NCBI RefSeq assembly: GCF_000143415.4 | Contig: NW_003314332.1 | Location: forward strand, 620,001 to 684,000 | DNA length: 64,000 nt | Direction of reading: 5' to 3' | From: Selaginella moellendorffii | Taxonomy: Eukaryota > Plantae > Lycopodiophyta | Shown: positions 48,130 through 60,870 of the stretch, one piece after another | Layout: each line of letters begins with the position of its first letter | How positions within the stretch are numbered: position 1 is the stretch's first letter | Made by a program: the position numbers and the translations under genes | Notes under the pieces: generated by a model | What the model was told of the DNA's origin: nothing | The model's database searches: none | The model's input: the letters and a program-made list of their open reading frames with translations, nothing else

Positions 48130-49050
48130 CTTAGATAGAATATCCACAAAATTAGTAGCAAGCCTCGAATTAAGTTATATGAAGAGTTAAGCCCCAAAGT
48201 TGATCTGTCCAAAAGTTTTTAAAGGGCAGTGTTGTTGTCTTCATTGGGCTGATATATTTTTCCTATTGTTTATCTGGGTGGTGCTTGGTACATGATGAGA
48301 GAGTAAGGTTTTGCACTTTAGGTACAAGCTGCTTTATATTGTTGCTAGAGGCATTGTTAAAACTAGGGTAATAGTTACTTGATACCATGCTTTAGTCACA
48401 CCTCCTCAAAGTATTGGAAGGAGCTCATGATGTGAGAGGTGCTCATGATTGCAGAATACTCACCCTCAACAACATGCCACCAATACCAGTTCAAGGATAT
48501 TGAAAGTGATATTAAGTACCAGTACAAGTTAGCTTTCATCTTCTATGTTGGTGAGGTTAGTTGCCATCAAAGACACAAAAGACTACACTCTAAGAAAAAG
48601 GTTGGATTATATCTCAAATAAAAAAGTTTTAGTTCACAAATAATACAAAGATCAAGTTCTAAAACCATGTAGATTGTGGTTGTCACTTGTCAAGAAGAGA
48701 CTTTGAGAGGATAAGAAACACTAGCTAGTTTTGTTTGTTCACTCTAGAGAAAAAGCTTAACAACATAGATTGCTTAACATGAGGTAACAATTGATGCCAA
48801 ATGCCAACACAATGACATTATGAATGGAGCTAGGCTGACACCAAAACTTGAATGATTGACAATTTTAATAAACTTTTTATTGAAGATATGTATTTTATGG
48901 AGTGAATGAAACTCATTGTTAAACAATTTTTGCAATAAAGTAGGACTTAAAACAAATAAAATATAAATTCATATTATTTAGATGGATGTTGAGATGAATG
49001 TGAACTTCAAAAGTCTTTTGAGTAGTAGAAACCAGACACAAAGGATTCAA
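48130..49050 (+). repeat. ~0.9-kb direct repeat, copy 1 (copy 2 at ~51550-52430), non-coding
   Basis: Long near-identical tracts, e.g. gataccatgctttagtcacacctcctcaaagtattggaaggagctcatgatgtgagaggtgctcatgat. Confidence 0.9.
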
Positions 49051-49642
49051 TATTTATTCAATAAATATTTTATATAGTTACATTTTTTATTTTAAAAAGC
49101 ACAATTATTAGTTATTATCACAAGATTTATAGCTAGTTTATTTTCTTAATTATTTATTAAATTTATTTTTGTTGCATAACTGAACTATTCATGTGTGATA
49201 TTTAGAATTTAGGGTTTTCAAGAAAAATTAAATGTAATATAAAAAATTTTATTTCTTGAATTTCAGTTTACAACTCGATAGAGCTTAATGATGAAGCAGA
49301 AAGAAATTCAGCTTAATTTTTAACTTTTAGATTAGTAATAATCCCCTTCTATGTTATGGCTATAGAATGAATAGCTCTTGAACGCTTGGGCTACACATCA
49401 TATATATACAATAATCTTGAGTTCTAATTAGAGATAATCAAGTTATAATTTAAACTATAAACTACTACTAAACTTATAATTACCATTATCTATTTCGAGT
49501 ATATTGTATGCAATGCTTAACATCATTTTGAGTCATGAAGTTGATAAAGTACATCTAAATGTTTTATTTATGGTTGAAATTTCAAAGTGTTTTTACAAAT
49601 AATACTTTTAACTATTGCAAGACATGATATTGATACTATTAA

Positions 49643-50086
49643 CTAATAATCACAAGTTGAAAATAGAAGTATTGATAAGTTTGTAAGTGAGTTTGTTAAT
49701 AAAAGCTCATCCCTATGCTCTATCCTTAAACTCATTGATCTATTATCTAGTATAACTTGACCTCCTGGATAAAACATATTAAGGCAATTGGTTCCTATAT
49801 AATAGACAGCTTCTTTGAAGTCTTCATATGATAATGCATGGTAGACTCCAATACTAAGAAAACAACCTAAAGAGCCAACTCGGCCACTATACACCCCTGG
49901 TATATAACCATAAGTAGCAAAATTATTCCATGCTCTAGATGCACACCTACAAAACTCTTCTGTATTAGTTCCACTATAAAATGTTCCAATACAGCTTTCA
50001 AAGGCTCTAGTGCTGTAAGATTGTGTCATTGTATAACATGCAAAAACAATCATAATGATAGCAAAAGAGGATTTCCAGAATTCCAT
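49643..50086 (-). CDS. Small secreted cysteine-containing protein, intronless
   Basis: 147-aa ORF in very AT-rich DNA, signal-peptide-like N-terminus MEFWKSSFAIIMIVFACYTMTQS, several Cys, conserved in a second copy. Confidence 0.7.
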   Translation of the reverse strand: MEFWKSSFAIIMIVFACYTMTQSYSTRAFESCIGTFYSGTNTEEFCRCASRAWNNFATYGYIPGVYSGRVGSLGCFLSIGVYHALSYEDFKEAVYYIGTNCLNMFYPGGQVILDNRSMSLRIEHRDELLLTNSLTNLSILLFSTCDY

Positions 50087-50527
50087 AGATATATTATAAA
50101 GAAATTTATGTGAGACAATGTTATTGGTTTATAAAAATAATAGATAATTCAATCCTAGTTCTCTTCAATGAGATGAGTTGATAAGAAAAAAGTCTTCTAT
50201 AATGATCAATAGTAAAACTACAAAAAGTCATACTCATGCATTCTAAGACAAGACTGATGCTATGCCTGTCAAATAATTGTAAATGGTCTTAATTTAAACC
50301 TGTTGACAAATGTTGCAATGCATAATATTTAAATTTTATTAGTTGAGGAGTTTGGTTTTTTATATTCTAATGTTTTTACTAAGTATAGTAACAGATGGAT
50401 ACATTAGGTAATTTTTTTTAAGATGGTTTTTTTGTCCTCAATAGTGGTCATCAATAAGTTATCATTGCCCACTTTTAGTAAATCTTAAAATCTTCAGCTT
50501 GTTTATTTTATATATCTATATTTATCT

Positions 50528-50669
<142 letters not shown>

Positions 50670-51549
50670 GTAAACACAATAATTATAATAATATAGTTAT
50701 ATAGATCATGCATTTAACACTGACTCTAACCCAAAATTAATATACCTATTTCTATATCCAAAATAGTCATATTGATGGAGATAAAGGGCATTGCAAGTTG
50801 TGTTTGGAGGGCAAACTTTAGTAGTGTTTGCTCTAGTGTTTAGAATTGTGTTTTTATTTATTGATTCCCTTATTTTTTAGATCTAGATCTATTCTAACTT
50901 TTTGCTAGATCTTGGATTTTAGCTATCAAATGTACTCTTTTTTTGTAATCTTCATTGTATTCCTTTTTTTTGCCAGATCCTGTCATTAATTGAGGAGTGT
51001 ATGTTTTAGGCCATAGATGTTGTTATGTTATTCTCAACCAACAAAAATTGTTTTTTCTAATATGCTTAATGTTAATCAAGTTTTTGGTATTGTAAGATGA
51101 TCTTATTGGTCCTACTCCAATCCTTAGTGTGTTGCCATCATTAGTTTATCCAACATTTGATTACCTACCTTTGCCCCTTAAAACTATCTTGCCATGTAGT
51201 ACATGATTACAGAACTTTTGTTCTTGGTGTTTTGCTTTCTCTTGCTAATGTGGAGTGTGATCATCACATCTAATAAAAAAATATAAATGATGCAATTCAG
51301 TTCTTAGAGGATATTTGAGGATTGAGTTTGTGAAGACATTGTTTACAAGTTTGAGTGAATTCCTACTAATAAAGAATTTATTTACTCTAAGGATAACTTT
51401 AAATTAAAGATTTTATGAGGTAATTTTACCTTTAACTTTATCAATATATATTTTTTTTGACCTTTTATTTCTTAGTATAGTGCCATTACTTATTAAAGAT
51501 TTAGTAAGTAATAATCTATAAGAGGGAAGGGATATGTCTTGCATAGATA

Positions 51550-52430
51550 GAATGGATAGAATATCCAATTGTGTATCATGCCTCAAGTTAGGTTATATAA
51601 AGAGTTAAGCCCTAAGGTTGATCTGTCCAAAGGTTTTTAAAGGGTTCATTATTTTTCCTATTATTTATTTGGGTGGTGCTTGGTAGATAGTGTGAGAGTA
51701 AGGTTTTGCACTTTAGGTACAAGCTACTCTACATAGAGACATTGTTAACACTTATAGCGATAGGGTAGTAGTTATTTGATACCATGCTTTAGTCACACCT
51801 CCTCAAAGTATTGGAAGGAGCTCATGATGTGAGAGGTGCTCATGATCATAGAATACTTCACCTCAATAACATGCCACCAATACCAAAGTTCAAGGATATT
51901 GAAAATGCTATTAAGTACCATTACATCAGCTTTCCTCTTCTATGTTGGTGAGGTTAGTTGCCATCAAAGACACAAAAGACTACACACTAAGAAAAGGTTG
52001 GATGACATCTCAAACAAAAAAGTTTTAGTTCACAAATAATACAAAGATCAGGTTCTAAAACCATGTAGATTGTGGTTGTCACTTGTCAAGAAGGGACTTT
52101 AAGAGGATGAGAAAACACTAGTTAGTTTTGTTTGTTTACTCTAGAGAAAAAGCTTAACAACATAGATTGCTTAACATGAGGTAACAATTGATGCCAAATG
52201 CCAACACAATGATGTTATGAATGGAGTTAAGCTAACTGAAACTTGAATGATTGATAATTATAATAAACTTTTTATTGAAAATATGTATTTTGTGGAGTAA
52301 TTGAATGAAGCTCATTGTTAAACCCTTTTTGGAATAAAGCAGGACCTAAACCAATTCATAATGTTTAGATGGATGTTGAAATGAATGTGAACTTCAAAAG
52401 CCCTTTGAGCAGTAGAAAACCAGACACAAA
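51550..52430 (+). repeat. ~0.9-kb direct repeat, copy 2
   Basis: Matches 48130-49050. Confidence 0.9.
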
Positions 52431-53232
52431 GGGATATTGAGGTTGCAATAATCTATCCAGAAAATCAAAGAGTTATAATATAGTGATATAGTACATCATA
52501 AAATATATACGAACAAAAACATGAAATGAAGAGAGTCATCTTTCTTAGAATGTAATACAATAATGAGCTAACCTACCCCCTTTCTAATGCTATTTAAGGG
52601 CTGGGCAATTCACCAAGTTAGAAACAAGGAAGATTACAAGTTCATATTCTTAGTTCACTCACTTCCTGCATTTCTGAACACCATAACAAAACTACATATC
52701 ACACAGATAAACATCATATATACTCATAATATGGGAACAAGAACAAAAACAATGCATAGGCAAGACAATCTTCAACAAACATGAAGAGAAGGATGCAAAA
52801 TACAAAGCATCCATTGTAAAACTTGCACACCAGTCTCACCAAAATATAATATATAGACCTTGTAATCTTCCTTATTTCCAGCTTGGAGAATTGCCTGGAT
52901 GCAGTGCATCCTTCATTGTCATTCTAGTGTGAAAAACATAGTGTTAGCTTGTGCATTTTAAAGACTATTATGTTGTCCCGATGTAAACGCGAGCTCCCCA
53001 ACGATCAGGCGCGACCTCTCCAAGGATCAAGCGCGAGCTCTCCAATCATTAATAGCGCATGCTTCCATATGGTCTCTCATACTCCAAACTCACCTCATTT
53101 GGCCAAGTGTCTTGTAGAGCTAGAATTGTAGCTCAAAGTTGCTCTCGGTCAGGGGTTCTAAGGTTATCTTTCATACGAGGTGGCGAGACTAGCAAACTTA
53201 TATAATTGTACGTGTGAACCACATAGGATTGG

Positions 53233-54024
53233 TCACTGCGACTTGATTCTTGGTTCCCAGGTCTTAAGAATCTTGCAAATGGACTCCACGGCCACTTTCT
53301 TAAACACCTAGTAACGAGGAGCGAGCATTTCGCAAAAGCCATGCCTGGAATATGATAGAAAAACGTACCAGATCTTCGTGCACCCGCCGGAACGCTTGGC
53401 AGAAACGCTCCGCCCCTTCCTTTCCTAGCTGTGTGGAGACGACGAAGATTGAGAGTTTGCAAACATGCTGGTACTCACTATCCACACACCTTTGGCTCCG
53501 CAAGAGTTTTCACCTTCATCCAGAATGCTCCTGTCAAACTGGTGTTAAGAGAAAAGAAGAAGAAGAAGCAGAAGCTCACCGTGTGTAGTTCCCTGTGTTC
53601 CATTCTCATCCTTGTCCTTGGATCAAGTAAGATATACTGAACTGAAATGCTTCCTTGTTTCCACATACCTTGTCCAGAGATTGCGTTGAGAGTGGCCGAT
53701 CTTCTTCCTGCCAGAACAATCATAAAAATGCTAGGAAAGATGAGATATCTAGAGCAAGAGCTTTCAAGTCTCACAATGATAGAGCTGACACTTCGTGAGC
53801 AGCAAAGCGTCGCTAAAGCATGAGACATCCAATCAAGCAAGTCTCTCGACATGTCAGCAAATGCTTAGCACAATGCGCGACTGCGCCCAATCCAATCCAG
53901 AAGCCAATCGCCAAATGAGAGAAAGTGAAAGAGGGAGATCGAGATGGAGCTTACGCAGTAGTCACGGGAGCGCACGACTGGAAAGATCTGGAGAAGGCGC
54001 TGGAACTGATGATCCTGTATCTCC
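53233..54024 (-). CDS. Small uncharacterised protein encoded by six short exons (start lies in the gap)
   Basis: Phase-consistent GT-AG splicing gives EIQDHQFQRLLQIFPVVRSRDYC/EEDRPLSTQSLDK/DKDENGTQGTTHG/AFWMKVKTLAEPK/LGKEGAERFCQAFRRVHEDL/VFKKVAVESICKILKTWEPRIKSQ stop. Confidence 0.8.
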
Positions 54025-54132
54025 NNNNNNNNNNNNNNNNNNNNNNNNNNNNNNNNNNNNNNNNNNNNNNNNNNNNNNNNNNNNNNNNNNNNNNNNNNNN
54101 NNNNNNNNNNNNNNNNNNNNNNNNGAGCTCCA

Positions 54133-55531
54133 ATGGAGGAGCTCGTGAGCGCCTATCGAGCAATGGAGGCGCCGTCGGTGATCGTATCCCTGGCCAGGTG
54201 ATCCTTCTCGCGCGATAATCCATTCCAATGGGGTGATGCTTCTCAGGGGATTTGGCGGCGGATGCTTGTCAGAGCAAGTCCAACAAGTTTTTATGGATCG
54301 GTGTGTCAAAGACGAGGTATGCGTGATCGCATTTAATGTATGCCATGACTAAGCTCCCCTGTGTGAAAGATTTGCAGGATTTTTCCTCCAAGTTCTTCTT
54401 ACATAAGAAACTGTCTTAAGCAATTTATTCTTGCTGTGGAAGCCGAGTCGAGCTGCGCTTTGGATAGCCTTTACGACGAACACGCTGCGTTGCTGTTAAG
54501 GTGAAGCAAATCGAAAACTCCATTTCATCCTTTCGTTTTTCTCATATGGTTTCTCGTGACTTTCAGGATAGAAGACGGAAACAGCATGGCCTACAAGACG
54601 TTCTCTTATGCAGTACCGGGCGAGGATAAGCGCAGTGGAACCGTGACTCTTCGCCTGTCTCTTAACATGCTCGAAGGAGGCACGGGGTTTGTCCAATGGT
54701 TTTTCCTTGAGATTTTGTTTGATCATCTGTTTCTTTAAGGTGCTTTTGCTGGCCTGCCGGAGTTTATCTGGCAGAGCTCGTTCTTTCGTATCCATGGCTG
54801 ATCAAAGGCAAACGTTGTTTGGAGGTAATCCAATTTTCTAATAGTTTTGATAGATCTTTTGGAGATTCTATGTGGTATTAGCTGGGGTCCGGAGCGGGAC
54901 TGGTTGGTGTCTGTCTAGCTAGGCTACAACCTTTTGAGGTTTGTGCTGTCAAATCTTCTCTCACGTTCAAACTTCAAAATCAGTTGTGCAGCTTGTTTTG
55001 ACGGATGGTGACCTCTCGACCTTCGCAAATCTCAGGCACAATCTTGAAATCAACGGAATCGTGTTGGATACAGACGAACAAGAAAAGGTTGCGCTCTTGT
55101 CTTCTTGTTTTTGTAACTTATTGTTCTAGACACAGGTCAAGTGTCGTCGCTTGGAGTGGGAGGACGCGTGTTCTACGGAACTTTATAAAGCTGATATCAT
55201 GTAAGTGGTATTATAATGAGTAGTTTTCCTCGTGTTGATTGATGGCTCCAACAGTTTAGGCGCAGATATCATCTATGACACTGCTTGCATACCACACCTT
55301 GTAAAAGTTCTTGCGCTTTTACTTCAGGCAGATGCTGGCGCCGAGGCAATTCTCGCAACCGTGAAACGAAATCCCGATACCATATCGGCATTCTGTAATG
55401 CTGCCACCCAAGCTGGTCTCGAGGTTTCGGATGTATCAAGGACAATGGTACCTCTGAAATGCTTTCAGGGCCTGGTCTCGTTTGACAATTCGAACATGCT
55501 GCTTCACAAGGTTGTTGCCAAGCCAGTTTAG
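54133..55531 (+). CDS. Protein-lysine N-methyltransferase, FAM86A/EEF2KMT-like (Methyltransf_16)
   Basis: PPSSSYIRNCLKQFI, EGGTGCFCWPAG, motif I CLELGSGAGLVG, LVLTDGD, LEWED, GADIIYD, ATVKRN. Confidence 0.88.
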
Positions 55532-55924
55532 AGCGTGATCCCGCTTGAAAAACAAATTTTTATTCTAAAAGAGAATGAGGAAACATGAAGGTGGAAGGTA
55601 CTGGAGAAGTTCCTCGCTGATCTTGTTTCTAACTCAGACCGTAATTGCTACAGACTAAACTCATCGCAAGAACTCCGGCTCGTGCAAAGATCGTCGGCCC
55701 AAAAGCCAGGTTTGTCATGTCAGTGGGATCCAAGTTAAGACGAAGCTAACGATTCCGTGCGTGTGTAGGTGTGTCACATATGCGTCATGAGTTCGCAGCG
55801 CCGAATGGTCGCACGTCCTTGCTCGCAGTTGATCTTTGCGTTTCAGCGGACTATAAAAGCTCGTCGCTGCGATCCGACAACAGAAGCTATTTTTCTTCCT
55901 TTTCTGGCAGTCTCGAGAGAAAGG

Positions 55925-56251
55925 ATGGAGTCAGGTGCAGCTCGCGTGTCCGCACTCCTGGTGCTGCTGTTGGTGCTCGTCTCGTGGCGTGGCTCCGAAT
56001 CGTGCGACGACAGCAACGCACTTGCGCAGCTCAGCGACTGTGCCGATTACGTTCACACCGGCTCGACGACCGCCAATCCCCCGGCAGCCTGCTGCCAGGA
56101 GCTCAAAGGCATCGATATAACGTGCATGTGTGCCGCGGTCCGCAGTGGCGCTGGCGGGACTCCTCCTTCGGGACTCAACGTCACGAGGGTGCTGCTGCTT
56201 CCGTCGCAATGCGGCTTGACGCCCGTGGATTGCTCCACCCCCAGCAACTGA
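55925..56251 (+). CDS. Non-specific lipid transfer protein (8-Cys motif)
   Basis: Signal peptide plus C-C-CC-CxC-C-C pattern; TATAAAA upstream at ~55852; likely intron just after the stop. Confidence 0.92.
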   Translation: MESGAARVSALLVLLLVLVSWRGSESCDDSNALAQLSDCADYVHTGSTTANPPAACCQELKGIDITCMCAAVRSGAGGTPPSGLNVTRVLLLPSQCGLTPVDCSTPSN

Positions 56252-57867
56252 TCCAGGTAGCAAAGTTTGTTTTTTCTTTTTTTTTTTCCTTTCTGCTTTG
56301 CTCACTTACGAGTTTCATCGTGTTGGTTCTTTCTCCAGATCACACACTTGAAATAAGTGTCTTCTCCTGAAAATAAGCTCAGCAGCAGCACTTGTCCACG
56401 GGAGAGACCAAAATCCATACGTGAATCAAGTAAGAGACATTTGCTTTTTAGAAATCTAGCGCTTTGTGTGTGTCGTCGCGTCTCGTCTCGTCTCGTCTCT
56501 CTTTGTCGCTTATCATTCTTCGCATTCTTCTTCTCACTCTCATTCGCTCGCTCGACGATTGCATCCCAATCCATGTTTGTGTGTCTGTTGCTTTCTCTCA
56601 CTCTCTCGCTCTCTCTCTCTCGCTCTCACACTCTCTCTCACACTCGCTCGCTCTCTTCCATGCACGCTCTAGTCTGCTCTCGCCCAGTTATAAAAAATCT
56701 TTGTCCCTTTGACTTCATGGCGAGAGCAACAATTTCAATGCACGAACGGCGGTGATGATCGCGCTTTGACTTTGCAACTCTGGCGCGGTGGAGCCATGGT
56801 CAACACATCCCAAAACTCTCTGTTGTTTTGGATAGAAATCGATGCGTAGCATTTGACTTTGCAATGGCGTGGAAGGTGGCGGTGGTGACAAACTTGGAGA
56901 ACCCTAGTGTGCGGCGCTAGCGCCTAGGCTTTTTCACAAGCACCCAAAAGAATCTTTAGGCATTGACTCTTCCCTTTGATTCAATCGATTCAATCAAACA
57001 AAAGTATTTTCTCGCTATCTTTCAGTTCTAAGTATGGAGAAAAGGTGGTGAGTCGTGAGTGAGTTCTCATAAGTTCTGTGTTATGAGATCTTTGTTTTTG
57101 ATCGACATAAAGCAAACCATACAAACTATGTAGGTAGTAAAGGAAGAGTTCTTTATTTTTGCATCGCGAGACGTAAACAACGCCGCACGAGCGTGGAATT
57201 TTGTCTAAACCGCCAGCATTTATAACCCCGCGCCATTAAATCCTGGCCGTCACCTCCTTAATCTCCGCACATCCTGCGGTTGCAACCACCCCACGTGGGT
57301 GTTATTCCCTTTACCCCTTGTATTATCGCTTTATTGACGTGCACGACGAGCCACCGCGCCCGTCAAGCCCGTCTCCCTCTTCTCTCTTTTCTTTTGCCAT
57401 CGCCATTGCCATAGCCGTGAAAGAAAAGAATTAACGCCGCGGTCTTGTGCCCAAAGCTCACTCACAGCTGTGGAGCATTTGTTGGAGCGCGCTGTCTCGC
57501 GACAGATCTCTCGGATCTTTGTCCCAATTCTCCATCCCGGTCGCGTTTTCCAGCGGCGTTTCGGAGGGCGGCGCGGGAGCTCTCAAATCGGCGGGCATTC
57601 CTCTCATCTCACAGGTTCTTGTCTTCGCTAGCCTTGCTCGCCCAGAATCAAGGAAAGCGAAGAAGCTCGGAGAAGCGAATTGGGTCTATCCATGAAAACA
57701 GGCACCAGGGGGAATCTGGCTTGGGTGGTCGGCTGCTAGGAGGTGTTTGTCAAGTGGGTTGTGGCCGGAATTGGAGATGGAGCTCCCAGATCGCAGGAGA
57801 GATTGATAGGTCGGCCAAAGTGGAGGTGGGTTTTCGCGGCTTGGTTGCTTGGCTCCACACAGACCCT

Positions 57868-59840
57868 ATGCCTGGGGTTATGGCCAACACTGACAACCAA
57901 GGCAATGTGGTGCCACAGCGAGACCCTTCGCCCGAGCTCCAGGTACTTTCACTCTTTCACTAGATAGAACTTAGAACAAAGAAAAAAGAAAAAAGCTTGC
58001 TCTTCGTGCGCTCGCTCGAGTGAAAGTGGAGAGTGTGAGAGTAGAGTGGAGTGAAGCAAGCATCGGTTTCCTAGTGCTAGATTTTGTTTTGTGGCTGCGT
58101 GCTTTCTTCAAGGCGAGCGAGCGTTACTGTATCGCGATAGAAAAGAATAGTTTCAGCTGGTTCTCTAGCGGAACGAGAAGAACTTACACTCGTTTTTTTT
58201 CGTGTTCTTGTCCTTCGCAGCGGCAGCGGGGGAAGTGCTGGGGGAAATTCTGGTGCCTCGGCTCCTCCCGGAAGCGAGGAATGCGAATTTGCCCCGCGAG
58301 ACAAGAAGGCCCGGCGTCGGCCACCAATGCATGGACAAACGGAGCTTCGTCCTCCACCGCCGCCAACCAGTTCGTCGGCCTCTCGCCATCGCTGCTAGCA
58401 CCGCCATCCTCCCCGGCGTCCTTCGCAAACTCGGGGAATCCTTCCACGGTGCAGTCCCCCGCCAGCTTCACCGTCTCTCTCTGCGTCCCCGCCGCCAGCT
58501 CCTGCTCCCCGGCCTTCGACTCCACCGCCACCATGTTTACCATCGGACCATACGCTCACGAGACGACGCTCGTCACCCCGCCAGCTTTCTCGGCCTTCAC
58601 CACCGCGCCGTCCACCGCTCCATTCACGCCGCCGCCGGAGCTCGCGCACCTCACCACCCCGTCCTCGCCCGACGTTCCATTCGCGCAGCTCTTGACGTCG
58701 CTCAAGAACAAAGGCGCGGTGGCGGGAGGAGCGGCGCCGCCATACTCGGCCTCGCCGTTTGCGTCACCCGACTACGTGTCCCGGGGCGACATGCAACCGT
58801 CGTATCACTTGTATCCCGAGAGCCCGCTGACCAGCCTCATCTCTCCGGCCTCCGGGGTGTCCGAGTCGGGCCCTCCATCGCCGCTACCCGAGCTCGAGTT
58901 CCCGGCAGCCATCACTGCGGCCAAGGCGGCCAAGGCCACCAGCGTCCGCTTGGCTGTGAGCTTGTGCGACCGGCGAGCTGTGAGACTGGGACACGAGACG
59001 CCACAGTCGCTGGACTCCAACAATCACTCGAGGGAGCTGGAGCCGATCAAGATCTTGAGTCCTCCCAGGGGGCAGTATGAGGAGAGGTGGTGCTCCAGGA
59101 CGCTCGACTCGTGCTCCACGTCGAGTAACGCTGTTGCTGCTACCAAGTCGATGGAGGAGTTGCCGCGGAGGAGCCATTCGTGTGGCGGGATCGATGAAGT
59201 GGAGCTCAAGAGATCGCTGTCGCAAGTCGGAGCTCTTCCGCGAGGTGGAGACGATGACGATCGAGCTGACGCAGATGTAGATACGATGGTGGTGGAGGAT
59301 TCGCAGCAGCCGACGTCGGCTTTGCTCAGGGGTGGCGACGATGATATCTCGGACTCTCTCCGGGACGAAGAAGGAAGAACAGAGAAGAACAACGACCTTG
59401 GTGCTACTGCTGAGACAACAACGCATTCTCGGCCTATCGAAGAAGATGGAGTTGGAGTTTGCTCGTCTTCTTCATCGTCTTCTTGTTTGGACAAGTCGGG
59501 TGACGTGGAAGGAGAAGCGAAGAGATTCGAAGAACAGGCACTCGAGTCGCCTAGAAGCGACTGTGGGATCGTTCTGGAAGTGGAGATAACTCCGGACGAT
59601 CTCGTCAAGGTGAACATCACAGGTGCCAAGAACAAGAAGAAGAATGGCATCGTCACCAAGAAGAATGGCTTCCACCACCACCACCACCACCACCATAACC
59701 ATCGAAATGGTTTTGTGGCGAGCTCCAAGTCGAGCTGGGAAGACTTGGACGCCATGTCTGTGGATTGCATGGAGCTCAACCTGACCGATAACACCATCAA
59801 ATCGCCTCTCAAGTCTTCTCCCATCATGGATTCATGCTAA
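57868..59840 (+). CDS. At1g76660-like Pro/Ser-rich protein, two exons
   Basis: KCWGKFWCLGS, LLAPPSSPASF, MFTIGPYAHETTLVTPPAFSAFTTAPSTAPFTPPPE..LTTPSSPDVPFA; intron ~57943-58220. Confidence 0.88.
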
Positions 59841-60870
59841 AGTTTGTGCTTGTGGTAAGCTCTCTCTTTTTTCTACGTTTTCCTTTCTTCTTTCAAACAA
59901 GACATCTTGGAGCTCGCAAGCTAAGTAGATTGGCGCTGTTGATTCCAGCCCCTCCTGTTAATTATTTTCACAAAAGCAACTAAGTTTTTTTTTCTTCCTC
60001 CATCCAACTCTTGCGTCGTGAGTGAGTCGAGAGGAAGGAGTAAAGGAAAGGAACAAAGAGTGCTAGAACGTCATGATCTGGTGAAGCACAGGACAGTGAT
60101 GTAAAAAGCACAGCATAACGTATGGAGGGGATTGGGAAGAACACGCATGATCTTGTCAAGGTACTCGACAAATCGATCGAGAACACTCTTCTGACCTGGT
60201 AGAGCCGGAGGAGGGGGAGGAAGCGCGAGTAAATTCTCCGAGCTTCTTCTCACGTAGAGCACGACTCCTCGTCGTTCCAATTCGCACGACAAGCTGGTGT
60301 AGTCACTGCTACTACTCTTAGCATCCCTTTCGAGTGTAATTGCCGAGGCCATTGAATGATCTCGCTCGCTCGAAGCAAAGAAAACGAATCCTGGAAGCAA
60401 TTGAGCACTCAAGAGCTTTCCTTTTGGTTCTTCTCGATCGCGAGGAGGAGCAAAATGTTAGTGTCCTCAAGGATCTGAGGAGAGAGAGAAGTGTAGCTAT
60501 AAGATGGCTCTGATTGATTGATTGATTGCCTTTGCAAAACATGGGACCCTCTCTTGATGTCCGAGTCGAAAGGAAAAGGAGAAAAAAGAGACACTTTCGG
60601 CAAGGAACGATGTGATACTCTACTCTTCCAGAAAAGAAAGAAGGAAACAATGTATGTACAGTTGCTTGCGTGATGCGAGAAAAGGAGGAAGTTCATGTCG
60701 AAGATGAGCTCCACCACCTAGAAACGTGAGTGGATCAATGAATGATAGAAGAAAGAAGAAAGGAAGGAAAAATTCTCGTACCTTTTCTCCTCTGTTTTCG
60801 AGCAGCGTGTTAATCCGTGCTGATCGAGCGAGCTCTCGAAATCTCTAGAAACCTTTAGTGGAAGTGAGAT

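Noticed and set aside
58020-58220. N-terminal extension of the 606-aa ORF
   Set aside because: Non-ATG start inside a predicted intron; the true first exon is likely 57868-57942.
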